A stretch of 64,000 nucleotides of DNA from a bacterium (GCA_963674595.2 CAXXFV010000027.1:224001-288000), one strand, 5' to 3'. Counted from the first letter of the stretch, positions 9,418 to 19,368 are shown. The notes: generated by a model from the sequence alone, not told the origin. Made by a program: numbers and translations.

Positions 9418-10971
9418 TTAATTTACATCCAAATCAATGTTCCATTTTATCAACGTTGTTCCCATAACCGCTTCAAGATGACCTATAGCTTTTAGATATC
9501 CGGCAATGGCAACAAGTTCTGCGTTTTGTGCTGTGGTTAAATCTCTCTGATAACTTATCACCTGAAAATTGGAAGACCGGCCAACACGCATTTTATCCTC
9601 TTCGAGAACAAGTTTTTTCTTGGCAAGTTCTTTTGCATGTTTAGCCATACCGACCTGACGTAAAGTATATTTCACATTTCTCACAGCATCTTCAACAGCA
9701 ATTCGAATATTATCTTCAAGCTCTTCAACAAAAATATCTTGTCGTTCAAACGCTAATTTGTAAAGCTGATAATTGTTCTCCAAGACCTTTTTATTAAACG
9801 GCACAGCAAATGACAAACCAACATTCCAACCGAGTTCTTTGAATGCAAAAGCATCTTTCATAGCATTTTGCATTGCTTCATCACTGGTAACATCACTGCC
9901 AAAACTGAAAGAACCATTAAGAGAATATTTTGTACTGTTTTTAGCTACTACCAGGTTCATTCGGTGAATATCCAGATATAACTGGTGAATTAACCAATCG
10001 GGTCTGTTATTGTAAGCTTTTTCAAGACAATTACTTAGATCAATCTTAATTGGCTGAAATTCCATTTTTGTGGTAGGCTTGATGTAAAAATTTTCCCCAG
10101 TATCAAGCTGACTTTGTAAGGTAATCTGTCTTGAGATAATAGTGTTTTCAACACCGGCTACACTCATTTCGCGGGAAGCAATATCTGATTCGGTTTGCAC
10201 GATTTCCTGAGAAGCCATACGTCCGGATTCAATCAAACTTTTGTTAATTTCCAAAAGTTCTTTGGCCCTTTGCAGGGCTTGTTTTTGAATTTCATAATCT
10301 TCGTATACAAGGATCAGGTCCCAATATTGGCTTTCAATTGTAGTAATTAAATTAATCATATTTTGTTTAACACTGAGCAACGAAACATTTGCATAATTTT
10401 TTGCATTTTTGATTGGTACCTGGTTTATTTCGATGCCCCTCCCTCTCAATAAAGGATGCCAGAGAGAAACAGAAATCCCGGAATTATAATTTACAACACC
10501 TGCATTTGCCGAGGATTCACTTGTACCATTACTTACGCCAACACTTACACTTCCACCTGTTTCTAAAGCGCGTGAAAATCCAAAATAAGAAGAAACAGTT
10601 TTAGTTTTTTCAACAGTACCAAGAGAAACACTTGAATTTTCACCACTGCTGCCAGAAAAATTTGCCGAAGGAAGGTAACGGTATTGTGCCTGCTCTAAAT
10701 TTATTTTTGCTGTTTTTTCTAATGAACGGTTTCGTTCGAGAATACGATTATGCAGTAACGCAATCTGAATGACCTCATTCAAGCTTAATGGTTTGAAATT
10801 TAAAGAATCAGTCTCAAAAGAATCATAACCTGTACTGTCCGCCGTATTATGTTCTGAAACATCAATTTGTATATCAATATTATTGGAATTTTGTTGGGCC
10901 TCCAGAAAGCCTGGTATAATAAGAAGGACAAAAATTACAGCTATATTAAAATATTTCATTTTAAAATTCAT
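9418..10971 (-). CDS. TolC family outer membrane protein
   Basis: Signal peptide, LSLNEVIQIALLHN, HPLLRGRG, YWDLIL, GRSSNFQVISYQRDL. Confidence 0.88.
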   Translation of the reverse strand: MNFKMKYFNIAVIFVLLIIPGFLEAQQNSNNIDIQIDVSEHNTADSTGYDSFETDSLNFKPLSLNEVIQIALLHNRILERNRSLEKTAKINLEQAQYRYLPSANFSGSSGENSSVSLGTVEKTKTVSSYFGFSRALETGGSVSVGVSNGTSESSANAGVVNYNSGISVSLWHPLLRGRGIEINQVPIKNAKNYANVSLLSVKQNMINLITTIESQYWDLILVYEDYEIQKQALQRAKELLEINKSLIESGRMASQEIVQTESDIASREMSVAGVENTIISRQITLQSQLDTGENFYIKPTTKMEFQPIKIDLSNCLEKAYNNRPDWLIHQLYLDIHRMNLVVAKNSTKYSLNGSFSFGSDVTSDEAMQNAMKDAFAFKELGWNVGLSFAVPFNKKVLENNYQLYKLAFERQDIFVEELEDNIRIAVEDAVRNVKYTLRQVGMAKHAKELAKKKLVLEEDKMRVGRSSNFQVISYQRDLTTAQNAELVAIAGYLKAIGHLEAVMGTTLIKWNIDLDVN

Positions 10972-10987
10972 ATAAAAATACCACGCA

Positions 10988-12163
10988 TTAATTACTTGAT
11001 GATTTTACAGTTTTAAAAGCCGGGTAAAAACCTGTGATAAAAAATAAAAAAAGACTTGTTATAAAAGTAGCTATCAGCGCTATAAGCGGAACAAAAGGTA
11101 TCCATATATTCATTTTGGCGATAAAAAAAGTCAGAACAAATCCGAGGCTAATTCCGCCAATGGTAGATAAGATCCATAAAACTAAAATCTGAACAAAAAC
11201 AGGAAAAAACAAATCGTTAAAGCTCAATGTCGGACCGTGCCAGAATACAATTTCTTTTCGTAATAATATTATCGAAGATCCTATTAAATGCAGAAAAATC
11301 CAACAGGCAACAATTAAAAAGATAACACCAAATAAAGCCGTAATAAATGAAATTGTCCGAATTCTTGCAGATATCGTCTTTAAAAATACTTTTTGATTCG
11401 AAATTTCGTAATGAGAAACATCACCAATATAATTCTTTAAAACTTTTTCAAGAAAGATTTTAACCTGTTTGACAGATTTATCAGAGTTAGCTTTGATTGT
11501 AATTTTGGTAATCTGAGGATTTTTAAGAAATTGTGCAAGTATATGGTAAGGTATAAACAATGATTCATCAACACTAAATTCGGTAGAGTAACCGGCATTT
11601 GCGTCCAAAACACCAACAATTTCAGTTTTTTGATCATTAAAGAACAAAGAATTCCCGGTGAGTGTATCATTATATGTACGAACAAGCTTTGTATAAAGTC
11701 CGTTTCCGACAACACAGCGAAACTGATTATCATCTATTTTAGAAAGAAAGCGACCGTTCAACAATGATAAATTATGGACATTAAAAAAATCAGCATTTAT
11801 ACCCACAACAGGAACCGTCATCTCAACCGTATTATATCTTATTAAAAAATTTGCTTTTAATTCTACAGCCGCTCCCAACACAAAATCCTGATTTTGTTTT
11901 AAAGCGGGTATAAAATCAAGGTCAAGTGCCCTGGTTTGTTGCGGTGCCCAAAAATCAGATTCGCCTTTGTGAATAATTGAAAACAGGTCAACACCGGGTG
12001 AATTAAAGCGGCGGTCCGTCTCTCTTTTTACAACAGCGCCAAGGTAAAGGACTGTGTATAATAGTGACAAACCCATAACAAAGAAAAAAAGCGTAATATA
12101 AAACCTGTATTTGACATTATTAAAATAATGGAATAATATCTGTATATTTGACAATATTTTCAT
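10988..12163 (-). CDS. Divergent MacB/FtsX-type permease (1 TM, periplasmic domain, 3 TM)
   Basis: MacB periplasmic motifs GRFLS..D, CVVG, IVGVL, LFIPY; C-terminal GFYPAFK. The coupling motif ERxxEIGxRxAxGA is missing. Confidence 0.8.
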   Translation of the reverse strand: MKILSNIQILFHYFNNVKYRFYITLFFFVMGLSLLYTVLYLGAVVKRETDRRFNSPGVDLFSIIHKGESDFWAPQQTRALDLDFIPALKQNQDFVLGAAVELKANFLIRYNTVEMTVPVVGINADFFNVHNLSLLNGRFLSKIDDNQFRCVVGNGLYTKLVRTYNDTLTGNSLFFNDQKTEIVGVLDANAGYSTEFSVDESLFIPYHILAQFLKNPQITKITIKANSDKSVKQVKIFLEKVLKNYIGDVSHYEISNQKVFLKTISARIRTISFITALFGVIFLIVACWIFLHLIGSSIILLRKEIVFWHGPTLSFNDLFFPVFVQILVLWILSTIGGISLGFVLTFFIAKMNIWIPFVPLIALIATFITSLFLFFITGFYPAFKTVKSSSN

Positions 12164-12195
12164 AAGTGCCTAAATGATTTATAAGAGATACCAGA

Positions 12196-13956
12196 CTATT
12201 TTTTTGAATTTCTAACAATTATCTGTTCACCAGGTGCAAGACCACTCATGACAGCGACTTTATTACCTTCACTGGGGCCGGCAGTAATTGTTCTTTCTTC
12301 AAGAGTTTCATCAAAATGTATGACCGTAATTTTTTCCTTATTACCATCATAATAAACAGCTTCAATAGGAATTGTAACAACCCCTTCATATCGGTCATAA
12401 AGAATTGAAGCTTCAGCAAACATACCTAAACGTAAATATTGTTTTAAAGAATCAGGTACGCTGAGAATGTTAATACGAATTGGGAAATAGCGAATATTTT
12501 CATGAACAGTTGCGCTTGAAGCAATCCAGTTTACATTTCCTGTTATTGAAAAATCTTTGAATCCGGGGCCGCTAATTTGAGCTTCCTGGCCGACTTTTAA
12601 TAACTGTACGGCCTGTTCTCCAATATGAGAATTGATGATATAGGAATCTGTAGCCCCAATAGTAGCAACAAGATCACCATCATTAACCATATCCCCTTCG
12701 TTTTTGTATGTACCCCGTATACCATCTGAAGACACAGGCAACATAACAATACCGGAAACAGGAGCACGTATTAAAGTTGCTTCATAACGGGCTTCAATTT
12801 CATCCAATTCGTCCTTTGCATTGGATAGTTTCAATCGTAGAACTTCAAGTTTTTCAGTATTACCTTTATCCAGTTCACTTTCCAGGCTTTGTTTTGCATT
12901 TTCAAAATCATATTCTGCTTTTTTATAAGCTGTTACAGCCTGTTCATATTCAACCCTGGGGATAATACCTTTATCAAAAAGCTTTTTTGTTTCCGCAAGT
13001 TTTTTCTTTTCATTATTAACAGCAATTTTTGATAAAGAAAACTTGCGCTGTGCCTGCATAACCGTAAGACTGGAATCCCACTTTTTCAGGTTGTTATATT
13101 CTTCCAATAATTCGATATAACGAATTCGTGCTGAACGCACATTTTTAGCCAACTCTTTAGTATCCATTTGGTATAAAATCTGGTCCATTTGCACATAGTC
13201 GCCTTCATTAAAGTTTCGGGCAACAACTTTACCGCTTGTTTGTGCAGCAATGGTTACTTTATTATGAGGTTCCAAAATTCCGGAAACAACAATGTATTTA
13301 TCCATCGTATCCAGGGTTGCGGTTACAATACGATCCTCTCCCTGTTTAACGGTATCGGTTGGAGTTGGGCTTGTAGAACTTTTTATAGTACTTTGAAGAT
13401 TAAAAATAGCATAAGTAAAAATAATAAAGATTACGGCAATAATTGCCAGTTTCACATAATCAAATCGTTTAAAGATGGTTTGAAATTCTGAATTCTTTTT
13501 TTGCAGGCGGTTATATTCTTTGCTTAGGTTCTGATATTCCTGTGAACTGATGACACTGGCACTTTGCTCATCATTAGCTACCGTACCCACATTTTTAATA
13601 AAAAGAAGTAAAGAATTTTTCATTCCAACACGACCAAAGGCATCCTGCTCGCTGATTCGCGAAGTTGAAATTAAAACATTTTTTTCACTTTGATTTGCCG
13701 CGCTGAAACGCATTTCCTGAAGATGATATTCCACACCCTTTCTTAATCCGTCATTGATAATACGGGTAATACCGGGATTTTGTGTTTGCTGCGTAAAAAA
13801 CAAAGAATAGGAACTTCCGATTAGTTCTTCTTCTGAAACATCAATCAAATCCAGAGCAGCGGTATTGGCGGTTAAAATTGTTCCATTTGTTCCAATTATA
13901 ATTAATGCATCATCAGTATGCTCAATAATATTATCTACTAATTTTGCTTTTTTCAT
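12196..13956 (-). CDS. PAS domain fused to an efflux periplasmic adaptor (MFP)
   Basis: N-terminal NIIEHTDDALIIIGTNGTILTANTAALDLIDVSEEELIG (PAS), coiled coil, one TM, then SGILEP...IAAQTSGKV, long hairpin, IRAPVSGIV, LRLGMFA, IPIEAV, GLAPGEQI. Confidence 0.85.
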   Translation of the reverse strand: MKKAKLVDNIIEHTDDALIIIGTNGTILTANTAALDLIDVSEEELIGSSYSLFFTQQTQNPGITRIINDGLRKGVEYHLQEMRFSAANQSEKNVLISTSRISEQDAFGRVGMKNSLLLFIKNVGTVANDEQSASVISSQEYQNLSKEYNRLQKKNSEFQTIFKRFDYVKLAIIAVIFIIFTYAIFNLQSTIKSSTSPTPTDTVKQGEDRIVTATLDTMDKYIVVSGILEPHNKVTIAAQTSGKVVARNFNEGDYVQMDQILYQMDTKELAKNVRSARIRYIELLEEYNNLKKWDSSLTVMQAQRKFSLSKIAVNNEKKKLAETKKLFDKGIIPRVEYEQAVTAYKKAEYDFENAKQSLESELDKGNTEKLEVLRLKLSNAKDELDEIEARYEATLIRAPVSGIVMLPVSSDGIRGTYKNEGDMVNDGDLVATIGATDSYIINSHIGEQAVQLLKVGQEAQISGPGFKDFSITGNVNWIASSATVHENIRYFPIRINILSVPDSLKQYLRLGMFAEASILYDRYEGVVTIPIEAVYYDGNKEKITVIHFDETLEERTITAGPSEGNKVAVMSGLAPGEQIIVRNSKK

Positions 13957-13975
13957 TTAAAACTCCACGTTCATT

Positions 13976-13996
13976 TTGGAATTATAAAAATTCCAA
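13976..13996. promoter_or_regulatory. Perfect inverted repeat, candidate operator upstream of the PAS-MFP gene
   Basis: TTGGAATT-ataaa-AATTCCAA, 20-40 nt upstream of ATG 13956. Confidence 0.5.
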
Positions 13997-14119
13997 TCAT
14001 CAAATTTCGCAATAAAACTAGTTTATTTGAAACCCCCAATTATAACAAATATGAAATTCATTCAAATAAAGATTAAATTCGATCTGATAATTTTTGCAAG
14101 TTACAAGCAGTTTGGTCGC

Positions 14120-14704
14120 TTAAATTGCAGGCAGGTCATCAAGTTTGGACTGTAATTGGTTCAAAGTTTTGTTTACAGCAGTGTTCATTGCATCTAAAAA
14201 GGGTTTCATTCCCTCTCCTGCAACCGGTTGTTCAATATAAATATTTTCAGTCCAAAATTTCTCATTATTTTGAGCATTAAATAATTTAAAATCAACACCT
14301 ACACAACCATACTTTTTTTCAGCATTATAGACATAATCAAAATGTGTAACTGTAGCTTCAAGGCGATAGTGTAATGGTGTTCTCGGCAGCTCTAAAGTAA
14401 CTTGATTAAAATAACCTGTAGAACTTAAATATTCGCAGGTTAAAAAAGTCATTAATTCAGATGGAGGATAAATCCATCTTCGATAGTAATCAAATTGAAT
14501 TTCATATTCAGAAATTTTATGAATCAGTTTATCTTGTTCATAAATCGGTGCGGCATCAAATCGGGAAATATATAAAATCGCATCATTGGTTGTTTTAGGA
14601 TTTTGATTTGCAACGTTTTTTGAGTTTAATGTAAAATATTGGGTTTCAGGAATTTGGCCACACGCTAACAAAATCAATATAATAAATAATAAAGATTTTT
14701 TCAT
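14120..14704 (-). CDS. ABC-type transport auxiliary lipoprotein (PqiC-like)
   Basis: Lipobox LLAC, TQYFTL, YYRRWIYPPSEL; last gene of an MCE operon. Confidence 0.8.
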   Translation of the reverse strand: MKKSLLFIILILLACGQIPETQYFTLNSKNVANQNPKTTNDAILYISRFDAAPIYEQDKLIHKISEYEIQFDYYRRWIYPPSELMTFLTCEYLSSTGYFNQVTLELPRTPLHYRLEATVTHFDYVYNAEKKYGCVGVDFKLFNAQNNEKFWTENIYIEQPVAGEGMKPFLDAMNTAVNKTLNQLQSKLDDLPAI

Positions 14705-14736
14705 AATTTTTTTTCTCGCGTTACAATTTTATACAA

Positions 14737-15633
14737 TTACTTGATTTCTCTTTTTGGTGGTGCAGATTTTCGAACAAGGGTCCATGGTTTATCTTTAATA
14801 GTTTGAGAAAAATCTTCCAAATTTCTGGATAATGTAATCAAATTATCCATAACCTCGATATAAGCAGGTTCATTACTACTTATACTATGATCAACGGTTT
14901 GAACCAATTTTTCTACATTTTTTACAGTGCTATTGCTTTGATCAATGAGTTGATGCAAATTATTCATACTTTGGGTAATAGAACTGTCATTTTGGGCCAT
15001 AAGATTATTGAACGAAACAACGCTTGTACGGAGTTCTATTGATAACTGATTCAAATTTTTTGATAAAACCTGCATATTGGTTGTGCTTATTTTTAACATT
15101 TCGTCCATCGATTTTATCATGGAAGAAATATTCCTCCGATTTTCCTCATTCAGCAAATCATTTGTGCTGCCGAGCAACTCTGTGAGTTTATCAGTCGCAT
15201 TCGCTGCCGGTCCGGACATTTGCGCGAAACTGGTTACATCCAGCGAAGTTATCAAACTTCCTGCCGGCAAACGCGGAGAATCCGGTGATCCTGCGGTGAT
15301 TTCAATATAAAAAGCTCCCATTATGCCTATGGTTGTTAAAAATGCCTGACTGTTTTTTCTAATGGGGGTGTTCTTTTTAATTTCAATCACAACTTCAACT
15401 CTTGGGTCCCCGTCTTCGGGTAACCTTAATTCAACCACCTTGCCCACAGCCAACCCGGAATATCGTACCATGGAGCCTTCTTCAATTCCACCGACATATT
15501 TAAACCGGGTTTGAAATTTTTCTTTATCCGTCCAGGAATTTGCACCGACTATTATGAATAAAAAACCAAAAAATACTAAAAGGGTGATTGAAATAAAAAT
15601 TCCGGTTTTTACTTCACTTTTTTTATAATGCAT
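14737..15633 (-). CDS. MCE/MlaD family protein with long helical C-terminus
   Basis: EVKTGIF TM, GGIEEGSMVRYSGLAVGKV, GIMGAFYIEITAG. Confidence 0.9.
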   Translation of the reverse strand: MHYKKSEVKTGIFISITLLVFFGFLFIIVGANSWTDKEKFQTRFKYVGGIEEGSMVRYSGLAVGKVVELRLPEDGDPRVEVVIEIKKNTPIRKNSQAFLTTIGIMGAFYIEITAGSPDSPRLPAGSLITSLDVTSFAQMSGPAANATDKLTELLGSTNDLLNEENRRNISSMIKSMDEMLKISTTNMQVLSKNLNQLSIELRTSVVSFNNLMAQNDSSITQSMNNLHQLIDQSNSTVKNVEKLVQTVDHSISSNEPAYIEVMDNLITLSRNLEDFSQTIKDKPWTLVRKSAPPKREIK

Positions 15634-15641
15634 AAAATCCT

Positions 15642-16445
15642 TTAATCGTTATTTATACTTTCTCCAACCAGTGAATTAAAATATTTGTCCCTGTCAATTT
15701 CATCATCGTCGGGCTGTCTGTTTAAAAACTGTAAAACTCTTGGATCGGTACTTTTTTGCATTTCTTCCTTTGTACCGATAAACACAAACTCACCTTCATT
15801 TAACAACGCAATTCGGTCGGCAATTAAAAAAACAGAAGCCAGTTCGTGCGTAACTACGACAATTGTCATTTTAAATGCTTTTTTAAGTTTTAATATTAAA
15901 TGATCGATTCCCACCGCGACAATAGGGTCCAAACCTGCCGACGGTTCATCACAAAAAAGAATATCCGGATCCATTGCCAAAGCCCGGGCCAGGGCAGCAC
16001 GTTTTTTCATTCCACCGGATAGCTGCGATGGCATAAAATCTTCAAAGCCGGAAAGGCCGACAAGCCCCAGTTTCATCCTGGTCATAATATTTATCGTAGA
16101 AGGCGGTTGCGGAGTATGTTCAACAAGAGGCAACGCAACATTATCACCAACAGTCATGGAATTAAATAAAGCGGCGCTCTGAAAAAGCATACCCATTTTT
16201 TTTAAAATTCCCTCTTTTTCAGAATCTTTAGCAGAAGCAATGTTCACTCCCTTTATAAATATATCACCCCGTGTCTGCTTTTCCAAACCAACCAGATGTC
16301 TTAACAGCGTACTCTTTCCGCAACCGGAACGTCCCAGAATGACAAGGGTTTCATGCTGATAAACGTCCAGATCAATACCTTTCAGCACTTTAAAAGTGCC
16401 GTAGCTGGTGTGCAGATTACGAATTTTTATTATAGGCTCTTGCAT
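15642..16445 (-). CDS. mlaF: MlaF/Mkl-type ABC ATP-binding protein
   Basis: GRSGCGKS, FQSAALFNSMTV, LSGGMKKRAALARA, DEPSAGLDP. Start moved to ATG 16445, just after the mlaE stop. Confidence 0.9.
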   Translation of the reverse strand: MQEPIIKIRNLHTSYGTFKVLKGIDLDVYQHETLVILGRSGCGKSTLLRHLVGLEKQTRGDIFIKGVNIASAKDSEKEGILKKMGMLFQSAALFNSMTVGDNVALPLVEHTPQPPSTINIMTRMKLGLVGLSGFEDFMPSQLSGGMKKRAALARALAMDPDILFCDEPSAGLDPIVAVGIDHLILKLKKAFKMTIVVVTHELASVFLIADRIALLNEGEFVFIGTKEEMQKSTDPRVLQFLNRQPDDDEIDRDKYFNSLVGESINND

Positions 16446-16446
16446 A

Positions 16447-17250
16447 TTAAAACGTTGAATAGAATAGAGTTGTAAAAACAAGGTCTGCTAAAATAATCAT
16501 AAAAATAGAAACAACAACAGAAGCTGTGGTTGATTTACCAACACCTTCTGCCCCGCCTTCCACATTAAAGCCCTGGTATGCACCAATTTGAGCAATAATT
16601 ACAGCAAAGAAAACACTTTTTACTAGTCCGGTTAAAAAATCTTTAAGTAAAATAGCTTGCGCTGTTTCATTAAAATAAGCGATAAAAGGAATTTTAAGAT
16701 TTGTGACAGCTAAAACAAAACCGCCGGCAATACCTACAAAATCAGCCAGAACCGTTAAACAGGGTAAAACAAGAAGCATTGCCAAAGTGCGTGGAACAAT
16801 TAAAAAATTAACAGGATTAAGAGCCATGGTTTCAAGTGCATCGATCTCTTCTGCAACTTTCATAGTCCCAATTTCAGCAGCAATAGCAGAACCGCTGCGT
16901 CCGGCAATGATAATGGCCGTAATAAGGGGTCCCAGTTCACGGGTTACCGCAACACCCACCAAATCAGCCACAAAGATGGTTGCGCCAAACCGTGCCAACT
17001 GATAAGCACTTTGCATGGCAATGATAAGACCGACGCAAAATGAAATAATACAAACAATTGGAATAGAGTGCACCCCTATTCTTTCCATTTGAACAAATGT
17101 CAAATGCCAGCGAATTTTATATCCTTTAAACGGACCAATAAATATCCAATAAAGTGCTTTCACACTCAACTGTGAAATCCTGGTCAGATGGACCATAAAT
17201 TCCATCATATTACGCCCAAGCGGACCTACCGTATTTTGCCAGGATACCAT
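16447..17250 (-). CDS. mlaE: MlaE family ABC permease
   Basis: RELGPLITAIIIAGRSGSAIAAEIGTMKVAEEIDAL, GGAEGVGKSTTASVV. Confidence 0.93.
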   Translation of the reverse strand: MVSWQNTVGPLGRNMMEFMVHLTRISQLSVKALYWIFIGPFKGYKIRWHLTFVQMERIGVHSIPIVCIISFCVGLIIAMQSAYQLARFGATIFVADLVGVAVTRELGPLITAIIIAGRSGSAIAAEIGTMKVAEEIDALETMALNPVNFLIVPRTLAMLLVLPCLTVLADFVGIAGGFVLAVTNLKIPFIAYFNETAQAILLKDFLTGLVKSVFFAVIIAQIGAYQGFNVEGGAEGVGKSTTASVVVSIFMIILADLVFTTLFYSTF

Positions 17251-17255
17251 TAATA

Positions 17256-17591
17256 CTAGTTCTCCATTGCCGATTCAACATCCGGAAAAATATTAAAGAT
17301 TTTATCCAGTTTTGTTAATTCAAAGACTTCACGGACATTATCATTTAATCCGGCCAACACAAACCGTCCCTTATTTTTATTACATACCTGCAAACCCTCT
17401 ATAAGCGTGGCAACACCGGAACTATCCATATATCGCACATCCTGTAAATTTACAAGAATATTTGGTGATTTCCCATTCACAACAGATAATATCGTTTTCC
17501 TCAGTTCAGGAGAAGAATAGAGATCAACTTCACCTTTAATGTGCAAAAGCTGGATGTTGTCGCGACTTTCAGTTTGTATTTCTAAATTCAA
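17256..17591 (-). CDS. STAS anti-sigma factor antagonist (RsbV/SpoIIAA-like)
   Basis: GEVDLYSSPELR, YMDSSGVATL phospho-Ser motif, VFELTKLD. Confidence 0.92.
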   Translation of the reverse strand: MNLEIQTESRDNIQLLHIKGEVDLYSSPELRKTILSVVNGKSPNILVNLQDVRYMDSSGVATLIEGLQVCNKNKGRFVLAGLNDNVREVFELTKLDKIFNIFPDVESAMEN

Positions 17592-18010
17592 TTCGTTTCC
17601 CTCACAGGCATTTCTTTTATCATAACCAGTTTATTTCCCGTATCACAGTGATAGGAATAGGTTACTTTATCCATTACATTTTTAATTAAATATACACCCA
17701 GACCACCCGGGCGTAAATCATCCAAACTACGGGGCTTAATATCCGATTCGTTTACGGGTTTTCCATTATCATAAATAATGATTTGTATATTTTCATCCGT
17801 TGAGCTGCATACAACCTGAATAGGCTGGCCGGTTTGACCATCATAGGCATGTTTAATAACATTTGCACATGCCTCATCTACTGCCAAGACTATTTTACTC
17901 GTCAGCAGATTTGAAAAACCGGACAAGCGGCAAAATTGAGCAATTGCAGCCCGAAGAATACTAAGCAACTCGGGGTCACTTTTAATATTTAATTCTATAC
18001 TTTTTTCCAT
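17588..18010 (-). CDS. RsbW-like anti-sigma factor / serine kinase (HATPase_c_2)
   Basis: LAVDEACANVIKHAY, DNG, RPGGLGVYLIKNVMD; overlaps the STAS start. Confidence 0.9.
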   Translation of the reverse strand: MEKSIELNIKSDPELLSILRAAIAQFCRLSGFSNLLTSKIVLAVDEACANVIKHAYDGQTGQPIQVVCSSTDENIQIIIYDNGKPVNESDIKPRSLDDLRPGGLGVYLIKNVMDKVTYSYHCDTGNKLVMIKEMPVRETN

Positions 18011-18017
18011 GAATTTT

Positions 18018-19364
18018 CTACTTGTTTCCGTTCATTTGTATCTCAGGATTGGAATTGTTCCCGGTCCAATGAAATACTAAAAAGGTCATATCATCGTGTT
18101 GAGGAACATTATTTGCAAAACGTGTTACCTCTTTAAATATACTGTCAAGCATCTGTTTTGCGTGTTTCCAATTTCGATTTGATACAGATAATAAACGATT
18201 TAGCGAAAATTGACTATTATTTTTATTTTTTGCCTCTATAACACCATCCGTATAGAAAAAAACAAAATCACCGGCATTTAATTTTATACGAACGGTTTCA
18301 AAATTAATATATTTGGAAATGCCTAACGGAGCACCTTCCTCAACATAAACAAAGTCGTGCATTTCATTACAGTCGGAATGATGAATTATCGGTAAATGAC
18401 CGCCATTACAAAGAGATAGTTCACCATTATTCAAGTCTATTACAGCATATTGTAATGTCACAAACATGCCGTTACGGCTTCTATCAACCAATATTTTATT
18501 TAATGTTGAAACAACCTCTTCCGGTTCTATCGCATTACTGACGAGAAAACGAAAATCGCTCATTAAACGTGCCATATATAAAGCAGCCGGCACACCTTTA
18601 CCGGAAACATCGCCTATCAACAAGGCGAGTTTATTATCATCCAACAAGAGTGCATCAAAAAAATCGCCGCCAACAGATATGGCAGGGAGGTTTTTGGCGG
18701 CCAGGTTAAAACGGACAAGCGAGTCTCCGGGTAAATCATCGGGCATAAAACTCTGCTGAATGACCTTGGCGTTTTCCAATTGCTGGTGCCAACGTTCCTG
18801 TTCAATAGCCATTTTATGCATTCTGGCATTGTCTATAGCCAAACTTACCTGACTGCAAAAAGTTATAAACAGGTCAAGATCGTCCTGTGAAAAATTTTTA
18901 CCGTCAGTACGGTTTATAACTTCAGCAACACCAATAATACGTCTATTTACAGCAAGAGGAACAGCTAAAATAGATTTTGTTTGAAAGCCGGACTTTTCAT
19001 CAATTTTATTATAAAAACGTGTATCTGTCGTAACATCTTTAACTATAAGCGGTTTTTGCTGCTCCCACACCCAGCCGGCAACCCCCTGCCCCTTTTCGAG
19101 CTGGATCGTTTTACGGACCTGGTCACCAACCTGGCCCAGAGCGACTTCACATTCCAGCTTTTCACTTTTTTCATTGATCAACAGCACAGAACTGGCTTCC
19201 GCATGCATAACTGTTTGTGCTTTTTCCATAACCAAGTTAATAAGCACATCCAGATCAAATGTAGAGTTTATAATTGAGCTGACCTCGATAAGGCTGGAAA
19301 GATCATTGACCCGCACCTTATACCGTTCAAGCTCATTTTCTAATTTTTTTTGTGAATCGTTCAT
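18018..19364 (-). CDS. GAF + PP2C/SpoIIE phosphatase (RsbU-like)
   Basis: GAF (GQGVAGWV, TKSILAVPL, FSQDDLDL), PP2C GGDFFD, GDVSGKG, YTDG, HDDMT. Start placed at ATG 19364, 4 nt after the polA stop. Confidence 0.92.
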   Translation of the reverse strand: MNDSQKKLENELERYKVRVNDLSSLIEVSSIINSTFDLDVLINLVMEKAQTVMHAEASSVLLINEKSEKLECEVALGQVGDQVRKTIQLEKGQGVAGWVWEQQKPLIVKDVTTDTRFYNKIDEKSGFQTKSILAVPLAVNRRIIGVAEVINRTDGKNFSQDDLDLFITFCSQVSLAIDNARMHKMAIEQERWHQQLENAKVIQQSFMPDDLPGDSLVRFNLAAKNLPAISVGGDFFDALLLDDNKLALLIGDVSGKGVPAALYMARLMSDFRFLVSNAIEPEEVVSTLNKILVDRSRNGMFVTLQYAVIDLNNGELSLCNGGHLPIIHHSDCNEMHDFVYVEEGAPLGISKYINFETVRIKLNAGDFVFFYTDGVIEAKNKNNSQFSLNRLLSVSNRNWKHAKQMLDSIFKEVTRFANNVPQHDDMTFLVFHWTGNNSNPEIQMNGNK

Positions 19365-19368
19365 AGTT

